From Podarcis pityusensis (Eukaryota), in NCBI GenBank assembly GCA_964106645.2, contig OZ067049.1: a stretch of 64,000 nucleotides of DNA; one strand, 5' to 3'. The notes under the pieces are model-generated. The model saw nothing but the letters and a program-made list of their open reading frames with translations, was not told the origin of the DNA and searched no databases. A program made the translations under genes and the position numbers. Shown piece after piece: positions 38,397-49,513 of the stretch (position 1 is its first letter; every line of letters begins with the position of its first letter).

Positions 38397-39511
38397 ATTC
38401 TTGTAAAGAAGCTGGTAAAATGCGGTCTTGACTATGCTACCACTCAGTGGATTTGTAACTGGCTGACTGACCAAACCCAAAGGGTGCTCATCAATGGTTC
38501 CTCTTCATCCTGGAGAAGAGTGACTAGTGGGGTGCCACAGGATTCTGTCTTGGGCCCGGTCTTATTCAACATCTTTATCAACAACTTGGATGATGGACTC
38601 AAGGGCATCCTGATCAAATTTGCAGATGACACCAAACTGGGAGGGGTGGCTAACACCCCAGAGGACAGGATCACACTTCAAAACGACCTTGCCAGATTAG
38701 AGAACTGGGCAAAAACAAACAAGATGAATTTTAACAGGGAGAAATGTAAAGTATTGCACTTGGGCAAAAAAAATGAGAGGCACAAATACAAGATGGGTGA
38801 CACCTGGCTTGAGAGCAGTACGTGTGAAAAGGATCTAGGAGTCTTGGTTGACCACAAACTTGACATGAGCCAACAGTGTGACGCGGCAGCTAAAAAAGCC
38901 AATGCAATTATGGGCTGCATCAATAGGAGTATAGCATCTAGATCAAGGGAAGTAATAGTGCCACTGTATTCTGCTCTGGTCAGACCTCACCTGGAGTACT
39001 GTGTCCAGTTCTGGGCACCACAGTTCAAGGAGGACACTGACAAACTGGAACGTGTCCAGAGGAGGGCAACCAAAATGGTCAAAGGCCTGGAAACGATGCC
39101 TTATGAGGAACGGCTAAGGGAGCTGGGCATGTTTAGCCTGGAGAAGAGGAGGTTAAGGGGTGATATGATAGCCATGTTCAAATATATAAAAGGATGTCAC
39201 ATAGAGGAGGGAGAAAGGTTGTTTTCTGCTGCTCCAGAGAAGCGGACACGGAGCAATGGATCCAAACTACAAGAAAGAAGATTCCACCTAAACATTAGGA
39301 AGAACTTCCTGACAGTAAGAGCTGTTCGACAGTGGAATTTGCTGCCAAGTAGTGTGGTGGAGTCTCCTTCTTTGGAGGTCTTTAAGCAGAGGCTTGGCAA
39401 CCATATGTCAGGAGTGCTCTGATGGTGTTTCCTGCATGGCAGGGGGTTGGACTCGATGGCCATTGTGGTCTCTTCCAACTCTATGATTCTGTGATTCTAT
39501 TCTATGATTCT
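38397..39511 (+). mobile_element. 5'-truncated CR1 LINE (RT C-half, 3' UTR, (ATTCTRTG)n tail)
   Basis: Uninterrupted frame from [12 protein letters not shown] through [42 protein letters not shown] to the stop at 39422; CR1 octamer tail. Confidence 0.95.
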
Positions 39512-40986
39512 AAGATTTTATAGTTTAAAGTTATTTAGTAGTACGTGAAAAGCATTCTTTCTGTTGAGACCCAGTCCAAACTTGGCAAAACAAGTTCCAT
39601 TTTTTTTTGTTTTTAAATTTGCTGAATTTTCTCCACATAGAAAGCCACAGGCGTCACTTCTGAAAAGGTCACAAAACAAGCCTGGGAAGACTTTTCTGTC
39701 AGGCCTTAACTTTTAAACTACTGCTTAACCAATACTCTAATTCTTGATATTCATTGTTTTCTGGCTATCTTTTTCCTTTCAGCATTGAGAGGAGTGCTTA
39801 CTTTCTAAAACAATGGGTGCTAGAGCTCAAGACTTTCTCCTCCCCATTCTAAACACCCACCCACCTCTAAAAATAATGGCTCAATGTAGTTAAGTAGCAG
39901 ACATTTTCCTCTACTTCAGATGGGCCTCCTGACATTCAAAACCAGCTCCAGGGCTGTCATGACATTCTGGTTATCTGCTCCCACGAGAGATTATGCCCTC
40001 AATATAATTGTGTGGGATGAGTAGGAACTGCCTCTAGTTTTGCATTGTCAAGGGCAGTTGTGGGATTTACGGCTCTCTTAAATGAGCCTGTACACCAAGA
40101 CAAATTGGACTCTGAACAAAACGTTGCAGCATATCACAACCCCAAAAGAGGAATTCTCCAAACCCACAACAGGAATTCTCTAGTTCAGAACAAGGGAGCC
40201 AAGATTGACTTTTTCTTTTCGCACATCATGAGACTTTTCCGTGGTATGTTATAGTGCTACAAAGCTGGAGTTTACATGCTGCCTGTGAACAAAATGATCA
40301 TTTATACCGTAGATAGTGAGCAGGTGAGGATGATGGCACATGGCAAATTAGAAGTGTATTGGCTTTAGCTTTGCCTTCCTTCAAGACATCCCTGTGTGGG
40401 GACAGGGTTGTTGTATGCTGTGAGTATAAAAAACATTTCCCTAATCCTCATTCCCTCCCTCCTGCAATTACTGTAAATTATTAGGGGGCTGAGTAAGTGG
40501 GTTGTGTCTTCCCCATTTATTTTCATACCCCAACATTCCATTATATCCAGAAGCCTTAAAAAAAAAAATTCAAGGTCTTTTGGGGTGCTTTTTTTCTTTT
40601 CATTTACAAAAACTATACACCTGCGTATTTGAGGAACTGCCCAACCATGTAGATAGAAACCACTGCCTTAGTTTTGCTTCCAGACTGCTAAGCGCTCAGC
40701 TACTAGAGTTCACTGTTTGAGAGAAGTGACAATGTTACTGTTTACAAGCTATACAATAGCAGTAATAACCGAGAAACAACTAGAAATAAACAGTTGGACC
40801 AAAAATGGAAGCAACAATGTCCGACCCCCCAATAACAAGGACATGTAATTTTTAAAAATGGACTAAAAAAAATAAAATGCAGACTTAGAAATCAACCATG
40901 TAACAGGCAATCCATTGCTTGCATGATTTAAGAGGAGGGTGGAGAAGAAAAGAGTCAAGCAGTATTTTTAAAAAAACCACCACAAT

Positions 40987-40992
40987 TTTATT
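40987..40992 (-). terminator. Probable PDK4 polyadenylation signal (AATAAA on - strand), giving a ~2.1-kb 3' UTR
   Basis: tttatt on + strand; followed downstream on the - strand by GT/T-rich sequence. No recognisable repeat between here and the stop. Confidence 0.6.
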
Positions 40993-43127
40993 AAAAATCT
41001 TTTAATACATCTCGAGTACACCTGAACTCGAAGGCACACTGTGGAAGAAATAATTCAGTCTTAAAAAATTTGGGTTTTTTTACACTGCATTTTTCACTTT
41101 GTACTGAGCATAAAACAGCACCAAAAGCTTATGTTGCTCAAAGTCAATGGCATACTTAGGCTTGCCTTTACTGCAGCCATATAATTCAGCAAAAGGAATT
41201 CTAGTATCCATTTAGCGTGATAATATGGTCTGTGACAGAAAGATGGCACCTTTGGTTCTTTTCAGAAACACTGCATAGACTGACAGTATAGGTTATTAAA
41301 ACAGTAAAACAACTCATCTTTAGCAGATTGTATGCACTGTATGAAAGGCACAAATTCTATCAGTTATCCAAACATTATGGGTGAACATATGCGGATTATA
41401 TATGAATGACATTCATCTTGTTATTTAATGCTGCCACTGTGATAACACCATAACACTAACTTAATGCACAGCATTAAGACCTCACCCCTTAGTTCTTCAT
41501 CTCAAGTATGCAATAGCAATTAGCATGTCACCTACACACTTGTTTCCTCATAATCAAGCATATACAAATAGGCACTGCAGCAGAACAAAAATCTTCAGCA
41601 TTTCCCAAAACTGAACTACAATGACAACAGGAAGGAACAAAAACATCCAATACTCCAGCAATGTTAGCTGTTAAGCCTTTTGTTGGTACAGGGTACCAAC
41701 TGCACATAATAGCCTCACATGGCTGGGATTACCAATTCAACTGAACCCAATGTCCACAGCAAAAATGGACATCAGCAAATGTGGGAGCTTCATTGCTGTC
41801 CACAACTGAGCAGACACTAAATCTCCACAGATAGCAATCATTTTAAACATAAAGTAGTTTTCGCTCTTTAGCACATTATTGCTTTTTTTAAAAAGAAAAA
41901 AGAAGACTGACCTGGATTGTCACTAGCTGGGCCCTGATCAAATTCTCTGCCTTTTAGCAGCACAATTTGGAATGGAATATTCTCCCAATGATCTCTTCAC
42001 AAAAAGAGACACTCTGCCACCCTCGTTCTTTGCAGTTACACAAAGAAATAGTATTTCTCACAGCTGTTCCTTATGCATTTTCGATACAGGCACAGTATCT
42101 TCCACAACCTGTTTTATCATCACATCCCTGCAAATGTCTCAAGAGTAATCTTAACATTGACAGCATTGAAAGTCACATTTTTTTTCAAATTGAGCTGTGG
42201 CAGGTGGCCCCCAAATTAACATACATGATTCAAATTTACACCCTGAAAACATAGTTGGGTGTGCACACACATACATAGTAACAGTACCATTTAGAGAACC
42301 CATCTCCCCTCTCACAAACAGCTTCATATCCTGCTCAATGACTGGCAATTTAAGTATCTTTAAAATACCCTATTTGTACTGCTGCTCCCTCACTGTACTG
42401 AGCTGTGAGCCATACACCAAGATACAGCTAATAAACTTTTATCTTCACAATATCTAACCGTCACTTCCTTGACATCACTTTAACATTCTTCTCCAAGAAG
42501 AGCAAAATCTCAGCATTAGAAAAGCAATGAAAACGCTATACATAAATACAGCTATTTTACATTTAAAAATTCAAGTAATGTTCACCATTTGGAGCAAGTT
42601 TAGAAATATGCAACTTTCAGCATTGCACTCTTGATCAAGCCAAACAACTGCAGTCAAGGTAGCCTGTTGTCGGTGCTCTTTCAACTAGACTTTGTCGGCT
42701 GAGCATGTCAAATATACTTAAAGTCATAATTTTGTAACAGGATGAAATACCTACTGACTGGATTAGGGGAAAATTGATGTGTACTGGAGTTCAACCACAA
42801 CATAACGTTTTTTGAATATTATCAAGTCCCACCTCAGAAGTCTGAAAACATTAGTACTTGGGAGTGCTAATTTAAATTTCAAAAAGCTAAAAAGAAATGA
42901 TGTGCACATCTTTCTATGCATTTTGATTCTCCTAACATATCCATCATTAGACATGCTGTAGTACAAATACAGTACATGCAGTCTATGCTGTAATCATGTG
43001 TTCCATATAATTTCTTCTCTTGCTAAATCCTGGTATAGAAGAGAAATGACTTCTAGTTATTCGTTTCATTAGTCCTATCTGAAACATTGGTTTGATCCAC
43101 TTTCAGTGTTCTGGAGAACTGCAGATT

Positions 43128-43271
43128 TCATGCAGCTGCAGTCTGCCTTGACACATTCTTTGGTTCTTTACTTGGAACACACCAATCATCTGCTTCTATA
43201 GTGGTTTGGTAATGCTTCGAAACAGACTTGTTGAAAACAGGAAGTTTCTCTACAGAGTCTGTGGAAAGGGC
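43128..43271 (-). CDS. PDK4: PDK4 exon 11 (C-terminal tail, stop)
   Basis: tttccag|GCC; ALSTDSVEKLPVFNKSVSKHYQTTIEADDWCVPSKEPKNVSRQTAAA*; DW motif present. Exons sum to 1239 nt = 412 aa + stop. Confidence 0.97.
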   Translation of the reverse strand, partial: ALSTDSVEKLPVFNKSVSKHYQTTIEADDWCVPSKEPKNVSRQTAAA

Positions 43272-43911
43272 CTGGAAAGCAAGACCAAATATAGTTAGAT
43301 TACACCATTACTATCAATGTAGTAAACTGATTTTTTTACTGAGCCTAGTTATGAGCAAACATACAGCCTGGAACAAGTTTGATTCAAAGTTTGAGACTTG
43401 ATTGTTCTGCCAATCTTTTGAGACTGAAGTTTATGATGGACCACACTTATAACAATCTTAAAGATAGAACACTAACTGATAATACAGGAATGACAAGTAG
43501 TGAGAGAGATTAAACTCAGTATTTGTGGGAAAAGCAAAGTCAGATTATTTTTAATGTGAAGGTGGCCAATCTACATTTATTAAGAACTCTCATTTTGGCA
43601 CATACTTTCAATTATTTTTAAATTTATCACATTGTAATACTTCCATATTTCTATAAAATAGCCAAGATGGCTTGTAATCCAAATAATAAGTTACAATGAC
43701 CTACTTAGACAAAGGCAACAGCAGTCTTTTGAAGAGCATATTCTGCAAAGACTCGCTGATGACTAATGTACAATTGATACAAAGTACTGTCTTTAAAGTA
43801 ATAAACCTCAAGTTACTAATAAATTAAAAACAAACCTGATTCAAATAAGCTGGTGATAGGCACAGTTGCAGCACTACAAAATTACTGGGATTGGGGACGG
43901 GCAGAACATAC

Positions 43912-44025
43912 CTTTAAGTAGATGAGAGCATCTGTTCCATAACCAGAGATGGAACACAGATTGAGGTCCCCATGGAAGTATTTAGCATACAGGCGAGAAA
44001 TGGGTAAGCCATAACCAAAACCAGC
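43912..44025 (-). CDS. PDK4: PDK4 exon 10
   Basis: tttctag|GCT ... AAG|gtatgt; 114 nt; [38 protein letters not shown] (G2 box). Confidence 0.97.
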
Positions 44026-44695
44026 CTAGAAAGAAATGAGGCATTTTGTTAATTGGAACGATGGGGTCCTTCTTTCCTAGGCTAAGTACTGTACAAGTGT
44101 CACACTGTGCAGATCCTATTGGTATGGAGTCCCAACGAAAAATGATGTGCTCTACAATGATTCTTCACAGGAGAAATATGAGGAAAGCAAGTTCTCTCCT
44201 GTATAATGCAGTCGTAGTTTGCATTATAAACAAAGGCAATCTAAAATAATGCAACACTACTGACCTAGTTTTGGAGGCTCCTCAGTGGTTGCTTGTCTAC
44301 ATAATTAGTAATGCTGAACAGAAAGGGGAAGAGGTGGAAATACATGCCAAGTATTGGGTCACTATCAGGTCTGGGAGAAGTAAACCTGCGTATAAATTGT
44401 ACACACCAAACTACAGGAGGTGGCTAAGACAATACTCCTCTCCTCCCAATACAGAAACCCTGATGTGCACCCCCATCCAGAGTCTGAATTTGTGCAACCA
44501 GAACAAGGCTGTTTCTATGAATTGGAAGTGATCAGCATGGTTGAGTCACTACAGATATCAGGCGTGCTTACATGTACACCTGGAAGCATTGTTTTTGTCA
44601 ATCAACTCAGAATCCAAGTCCTTGACAAGAACAAGGGCCGCTACAAAGACTCAGCTCTCATCTTACAGCTTAATTCTTATAGCTTCATCTCTTAC

Positions 44696-44803
44696 CAGAG
44701 GAGTAGAATTCTTTTCCATCACAGGTTTTGGTGCTGTAGAATATGTGTAGCTGAAGAGGCTTTCTATTTTTCTCACTGGAACACCACCCCCTCTATCAGA
44801 TAT
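44696..44803 (-). CDS. PDK4: PDK4 exon 9
   Basis: caactag|ATA ... CTG|gtaaga; 108 nt; [36 protein letters not shown] (G1 box DRGGG). Confidence 0.96.
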
Positions 44804-45279
44804 CTAGTTGAGAACACACACAAAAGGTATTAAATGCATGTTTCTAATCCTTGTTAAAGTATCACTAAAGCCACTAAATCATTTCTGCTTTAAGGATCAT
44901 CCTGTATCAAATTTGCTTATCTTTTCCTTAAAAATCAATACTGTCCAAAACAGTATTTGGCTAGCGACAGCTTGTTGTAATTTTGCTGCAATTCACTACC
45001 CATCTATTCCACACCAAATCTTTTTAAACCTATGAGACTCTGGATGCTTCCAGACGGTCACTATTTTGGGGTGGGATTCAGTCACATACTGGCAATACAG
45101 AAAGTGCTAGGGAAATGCATGGGAAGAGTGAGATAATGCTGGTGATACAACATCATTTAACCTCCTCAAAAACAAATCAGGAAAAATGCTCAATAAACAG
45201 GTTGTCTGGAAGTGCCCCATTTGCAAGTTTATATTATATGTTGCACCTATTGTATTGGGAAAAAAGCCTTGTAAGATAC

Positions 45280-45378
45280 CTTAATTGACAGGTCTTCCTT
45301 TCCAAGTACAACGGTCACCTCAACTGGATCAAGAGAAGGTTTGTTTTCCTGGTGTTCAACTGTTGCTCTCATTGCATT
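45280..45378 (-). CDS. PDK4: PDK4 exon 8
   Basis: cccctag|AAT ... AAG|gtatct; 99 nt; NAMRATVEHQENKPSLDPVEVTVVLGKEDLSIK (completes the GHKL N-box, ELFKNAMRA). Confidence 0.96.
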
Positions 45379-45614
45379 CTAGGGGAAACGAAGAATCAGG
45401 AGGACTTAATTCAATCTGAGTTGCTCTAATTTTTGCCATTTTTAATTCCAGTCAATATACTAAAGTATCATTAGATTTCTATTCCACTTCTTCCTTCCAA
45501 AGGAGTCCAAGGCATCAAGCAAAATAGTAAAAACAGTGCTGAACAAATGCTGCTGCTAACGCACACATAAATATGGAGGCGAAAAATGAATGTTTCATAA
45601 TTGCAAACACAAAC

Positions 45615-45691
45615 CTTGAAAAGTTCAAACAGCATGTGAAAGAGGTGGGATGGTACATATACTATGTGGATAGGCTGTCCAGCTGCCTTTC
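45615..45691 (-). CDS. PDK4: PDK4 exon 7
   Basis: ttcctgcag|GA ... AAG|gtttgt; 77 nt; [25 protein letters not shown]. Confidence 0.96.
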
Positions 45692-46228
45692 CTGCAGGAA
45701 GATGCACAAACAGTAATCAGCACACAGCTGCTATTCAATTTCAAACAATTGTTATTGTGTGTCCACAATAAATGCTTTTAATTAAGATCTGTGCATTTAA
45801 TACTGCATCCTGAAATTTGTTATCCTTTATTATTCTATAGTACTGTAGTTATGAATGTTCTTGTTTTGCAGAAGTTTGTATTGTATTGAAGAAGTACAAA
45901 CTTCCTGCAATCCATCCTTCATGAGCAAAAACATTCTTGAACTATTATAATGGTGGATTTGCAGCTAAGCTAATTTCTTCTTTTGATTTCTTTTAAGGAA
46001 ATGCGGATACCAACCCTATCAGAATTACATGTCCATGTGCTCATTCAGGTCTGGCATATTGCATCATATGAATGAATGCAACCGTGCAAATTTAGCACTT
46101 TCTCAAGGGGGGAAAATGGTAAGCCTCCAATTCTAGACAAGTGGGTCAGCAGTAAGAGCAAAAAGCTTCTAAAGAGGAGAAACCAAAGAGCTACCCTGAT
46201 ACGGTGGAGAAGAGGAAAATGCACTCAC

Positions 46229-46306
46229 CATTCACTTGAGTAAGCTTTAAGTCTGGAGAAGCGAAATAGTATTGGTCACAAAGCATCTGGGCACTCTGGA
46301 AAGCAT
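46229..46306 (-). CDS. PDK4: PDK4 exon 6
   Basis: ttccag|AT ... G|gtgagt; 78 nt; AFQSAQMLCDQYYFASPDLKLTQVN. Confidence 0.95.
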
Positions 46307-47078
46307 CTGGAATTCATTTTAATAAGAAAAAATGAAGCATGATTTAACACAAACTCTTATGCATCATTAGGCATATCCTAGATACTAGACTACTCCAGGC
46401 TGTGCTCTCTAGCATTGAAATAAGGCTTCTGTATACAGAAAGCTGAATTATAACTGTAAGCATTAAGGCACAGAATGCCACTGAAATATCAGTTAAATAT
46501 TACCCAAGACTTCTAACTGCACATGTCTGTCACGTGGAAATCAACAGATCTTGCATGCAGCAGGCTGAATAGGACTGTACCCAACAGAAATGCAATGCCA
46601 CCTGACTGCATGAGAAAATTCTGATGACCCGTTAAAAACAGGCATTCCACCCTTCATTCACTCACTACTGAATGTAAAAGTGTGCAACTTGCCAGGATCC
46701 CTGTCTCATGACGGTCAGAATATGCAGGTAGGTATACACATGAACATATGGAGTCGTCTTATACCATAGTGCAATCGACTCTTCCACCTTCCTAAGCACA
46801 GTTGACTCTTGACTGGCAGAGGCTCTCCAGGGTTTTAGGAAGAATCTTTTCCCAGCCCCACCTGAAGACATATGAGAAGGCACATGGGGCCTTCTGCACG
46901 CAAGGGAAATGCTACAGTCCTTCCCCAAAATATTCTGCACTTAGATGTGAAGCCAGGATACTCATGAAAGACTGACAATTCTTTCACTTTCTAAAACTGG
47001 TAATGCACCTAAGAAAAGGACATATTCTCTACACATAGCTGAAGCCACCAGGGGATGCTGACAATTTCATATACGTAC

Positions 47079-47168
47079 CATGCACCAAATCCACAACGTC
47101 ACAGCAAGGGTCAATGCATCCAATGTGCTTTGGATTACCCACATTGTTATTGTTATCAAAAATAAGCG
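47079..47168 (-). CDS. PDK4: PDK4 exon 5
   Basis: ttcaacag|CG ... G|gtacgt; 90 nt; LIFDNNNNVGNPKHIGCIDPCCDVVDLVH. Confidence 0.95.
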
Positions 47169-47870
47169 CTGTTGAATTAAAAGACAAAATGGTCAATTTT
47201 TTTCCAGGTTGCTCAACACAATTCATTACAAATATCTAAAGGATGATTTTTAGCAATGATAAAAAGGACAAAGTGCCACCTTTTGGAAATTCCTCCCGAA
47301 CTTCAATTCCACCTTTTAAAACCCTGTAATGTCGGGGACAAACCGGACGTATGGCAGCCCTGTCTTATCTCTCCTTCCCACAAGAGCTCATGGTGACATA
47401 GAAGGGACTATCCAACTTTATATTTATAACTGCTCTGTAAGGGATGATGGGCCAAGGGTCAGTGATTTGCTGAAGGCCATCTAGTGAGCTTCATTGCTGA
47501 ACTAGGTTTTATCTGCTATTCTATCTACTACAGTGAAGTGCTTTGGCATTTACATTTTTCTAGTCTGGAGGCATCTGTATCACAATGCATTTCCCTTTGT
47601 GTGTACTACTTTACCAGGTTTTAGTACTGGAGTTGTTATGTACACACATTTCATTGCTTTTTGGCTATACTGTTTATTAACTAACTACTTTCTGCTTTTG
47701 ACCCTTGTTCTCCCTCTCATAATAATTTATATCATTTACACTTGTCATTTTTCTTTTTACAACCAGCAAAGATAAATGATTAATAAAATCCACAGTTCAT
47801 CAAATATTTCTAAGAATGTTTGACAAAAACATTAAAATCAACTTGTCAAAGGGATGGAAAAACAACTTAC

Positions 47871-48055
47871 TGTGCTGGTTTATTAACATTCGAATAGATA
47901 TCCGGTTCATGTAAAAGCGATCCAAGAAGTACTGGATGTTTTGATTGATGAATGGGTCCATCTTGGAAGAATCTCTGTATTCTAGAACCCCTTGTGCCAT
48001 TGTGGGCACTACATCATGGTGCCGATTTCGGACTTTGACAATGGCATCTATGAAA
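47871..48055 (-). CDS. PDK4: PDK4 exon 4
   Basis: ttcccag|T ... A|gtaagt; 185 nt; [26 protein letters not shown]...[21 protein letters not shown]. Confidence 0.97.
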
Positions 48056-48390
48056 CTGGGAAGGGGGGGGATAACTTTAGACTTGGCCTATCTGACGAAG
48101 GCAGCAAAGCAAAACTGAAATAAGTTATTTTTTTCACCATTCATTCTGTCAAGATAATTGAAGCATCTTAATGTTATCGTGACAGTTTATAATTTTATTT
48201 CAATGTGCCATTTTTTGCAGTATCAGGTGTCAGCTATACTGTTAAAAGCTTTTGATCATTATCATATGATCAGTAGTCTCTGTATTCTGAACTGAATAAT
48301 GTTCATGCTTAGTTAGTTGAGCAACCCATCAAGTCAGCTGTTACTGTGAAGCAAGTAAAGCTACTAGCAACACAACTCATAAGAACTTAC

Positions 48391-48462
48391 TTTGATAGAA
48401 CTTTGTGGTCATCTGATTTTTTGTCACGGAACTCCACTAGCTCCATTAGGCTTTCAACATAC
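48391..48462 (-). CDS. PDK4: PDK4 exon 3
   Basis: aacag|G ... AA|gtaagt; 72 nt; YVESLMELVEFRDKKSDDHKVLS. Confidence 0.96.
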
Positions 48463-49041
48463 CTGTTAATATACAAAGTAAACCATGAATTATTCATACA
48501 GGCCAGGGAAAGTTGACTGGAGAGATAAGATTGCTTTAGCAATTCAGTAACTCGGTGACCTCAAGTAGAAGGCAAACTATGAGCAAACAGACCACTAGGA
48601 CTTCAGTTAAGTTTAGGAGTAGAAAAATATATTTTAAATTCCTATGTGCCTGCCTCAATGTTTGTATGCATGCCTCCTAAGCTATCTCCAGCTCACTATT
48701 ATATGTTTTTTTAAAATGTGTGTGGTATCAGTTGGTATACAGCATTGCACACACCAAGGACGCAAACAATGCCACCAAATCTGTGCACAAACACAGCAGC
48801 TGTTAAAACGCAGTTCCTTTATCTTGATTGTGCAGAATGTCATCATTATGATAACACTACATGGGCAGAAGACAATTATGTGAGGTTTCACAGCATCTTA
48901 GTTCACATTTAACAAGCAGCCACGGCAGCTATAAAATGACTACAGAGGATGCCATAGTTGTGCGTCCAGCACGTGCTTTTCTATGCTATGGCCTTGATAT
49001 AATGACCTGCATTTTACTAGCAACCTGTCAAGCTTCAAATG

Positions 49042-49258
49042 CAGTGGTACCTCTAGTGACGAACTTAATTCGTTCCGGAGGTCCGTTCTTAACCTGAAAT
49101 TGTTCCTAACTAGAGGCGTGCTTCCGCTAATGGGGACTCTTGCTGCCGCTGGAACACGATTTCCATTCTCATTCTGGGGCACAGTTCTCAACTCGAGGTA
49201 ACTCTTCCAGGTTAGCGGAGTTTGTAACCTAAAGTGTTTGTAACTCAAGGTACCACTG
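49042..49258. mobile_element. Tigger/pogo-like MITE in PDK4 intron 2
   Basis: CAGTGGTACCT...AGGTACCACTG+TA; body similar to 24772-24997. Confidence 0.8.
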
Positions 49259-49371
49259 TAAAGGTTCTTGTTACTGTTGCAAAGTAAATATGAAGCTTTC
49301 TGAAATTTAAAATACAAAAGCAGGATTAAGTTGAACGTAGTAAAATGTGTTACGTACGTTTTGCTACTTAC

Positions 49372-49513
49372 CAACTTTTTACCAACTGTACTGAAGGAGT
49401 GCTTAACAGTCGGCTAGGGAGGAAGTCGATTTCTTTTAGGATATTTGCTAGCCTCACAGGAAGTTCATGCCGAAGAAAAGAAAAAGATGTTTTCTCGCAT
49501 GCATTAGTTGACC
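49372..49513 (-). CDS. PDK4: PDK4 exon 2
   Basis: tttttcag|GG ... TG|gtaagt; 142 nt; [47 protein letters not shown]. Confidence 0.97.

Noticed and set aside
46281-46310. Duplicated AAGCATCTGG giving a second CCAG|ATGCTTT acceptor within PDK4 exon 6
   Set aside because: The 20-nt offset would frameshift, and it lacks a polypyrimidine tract; probably coincidental.
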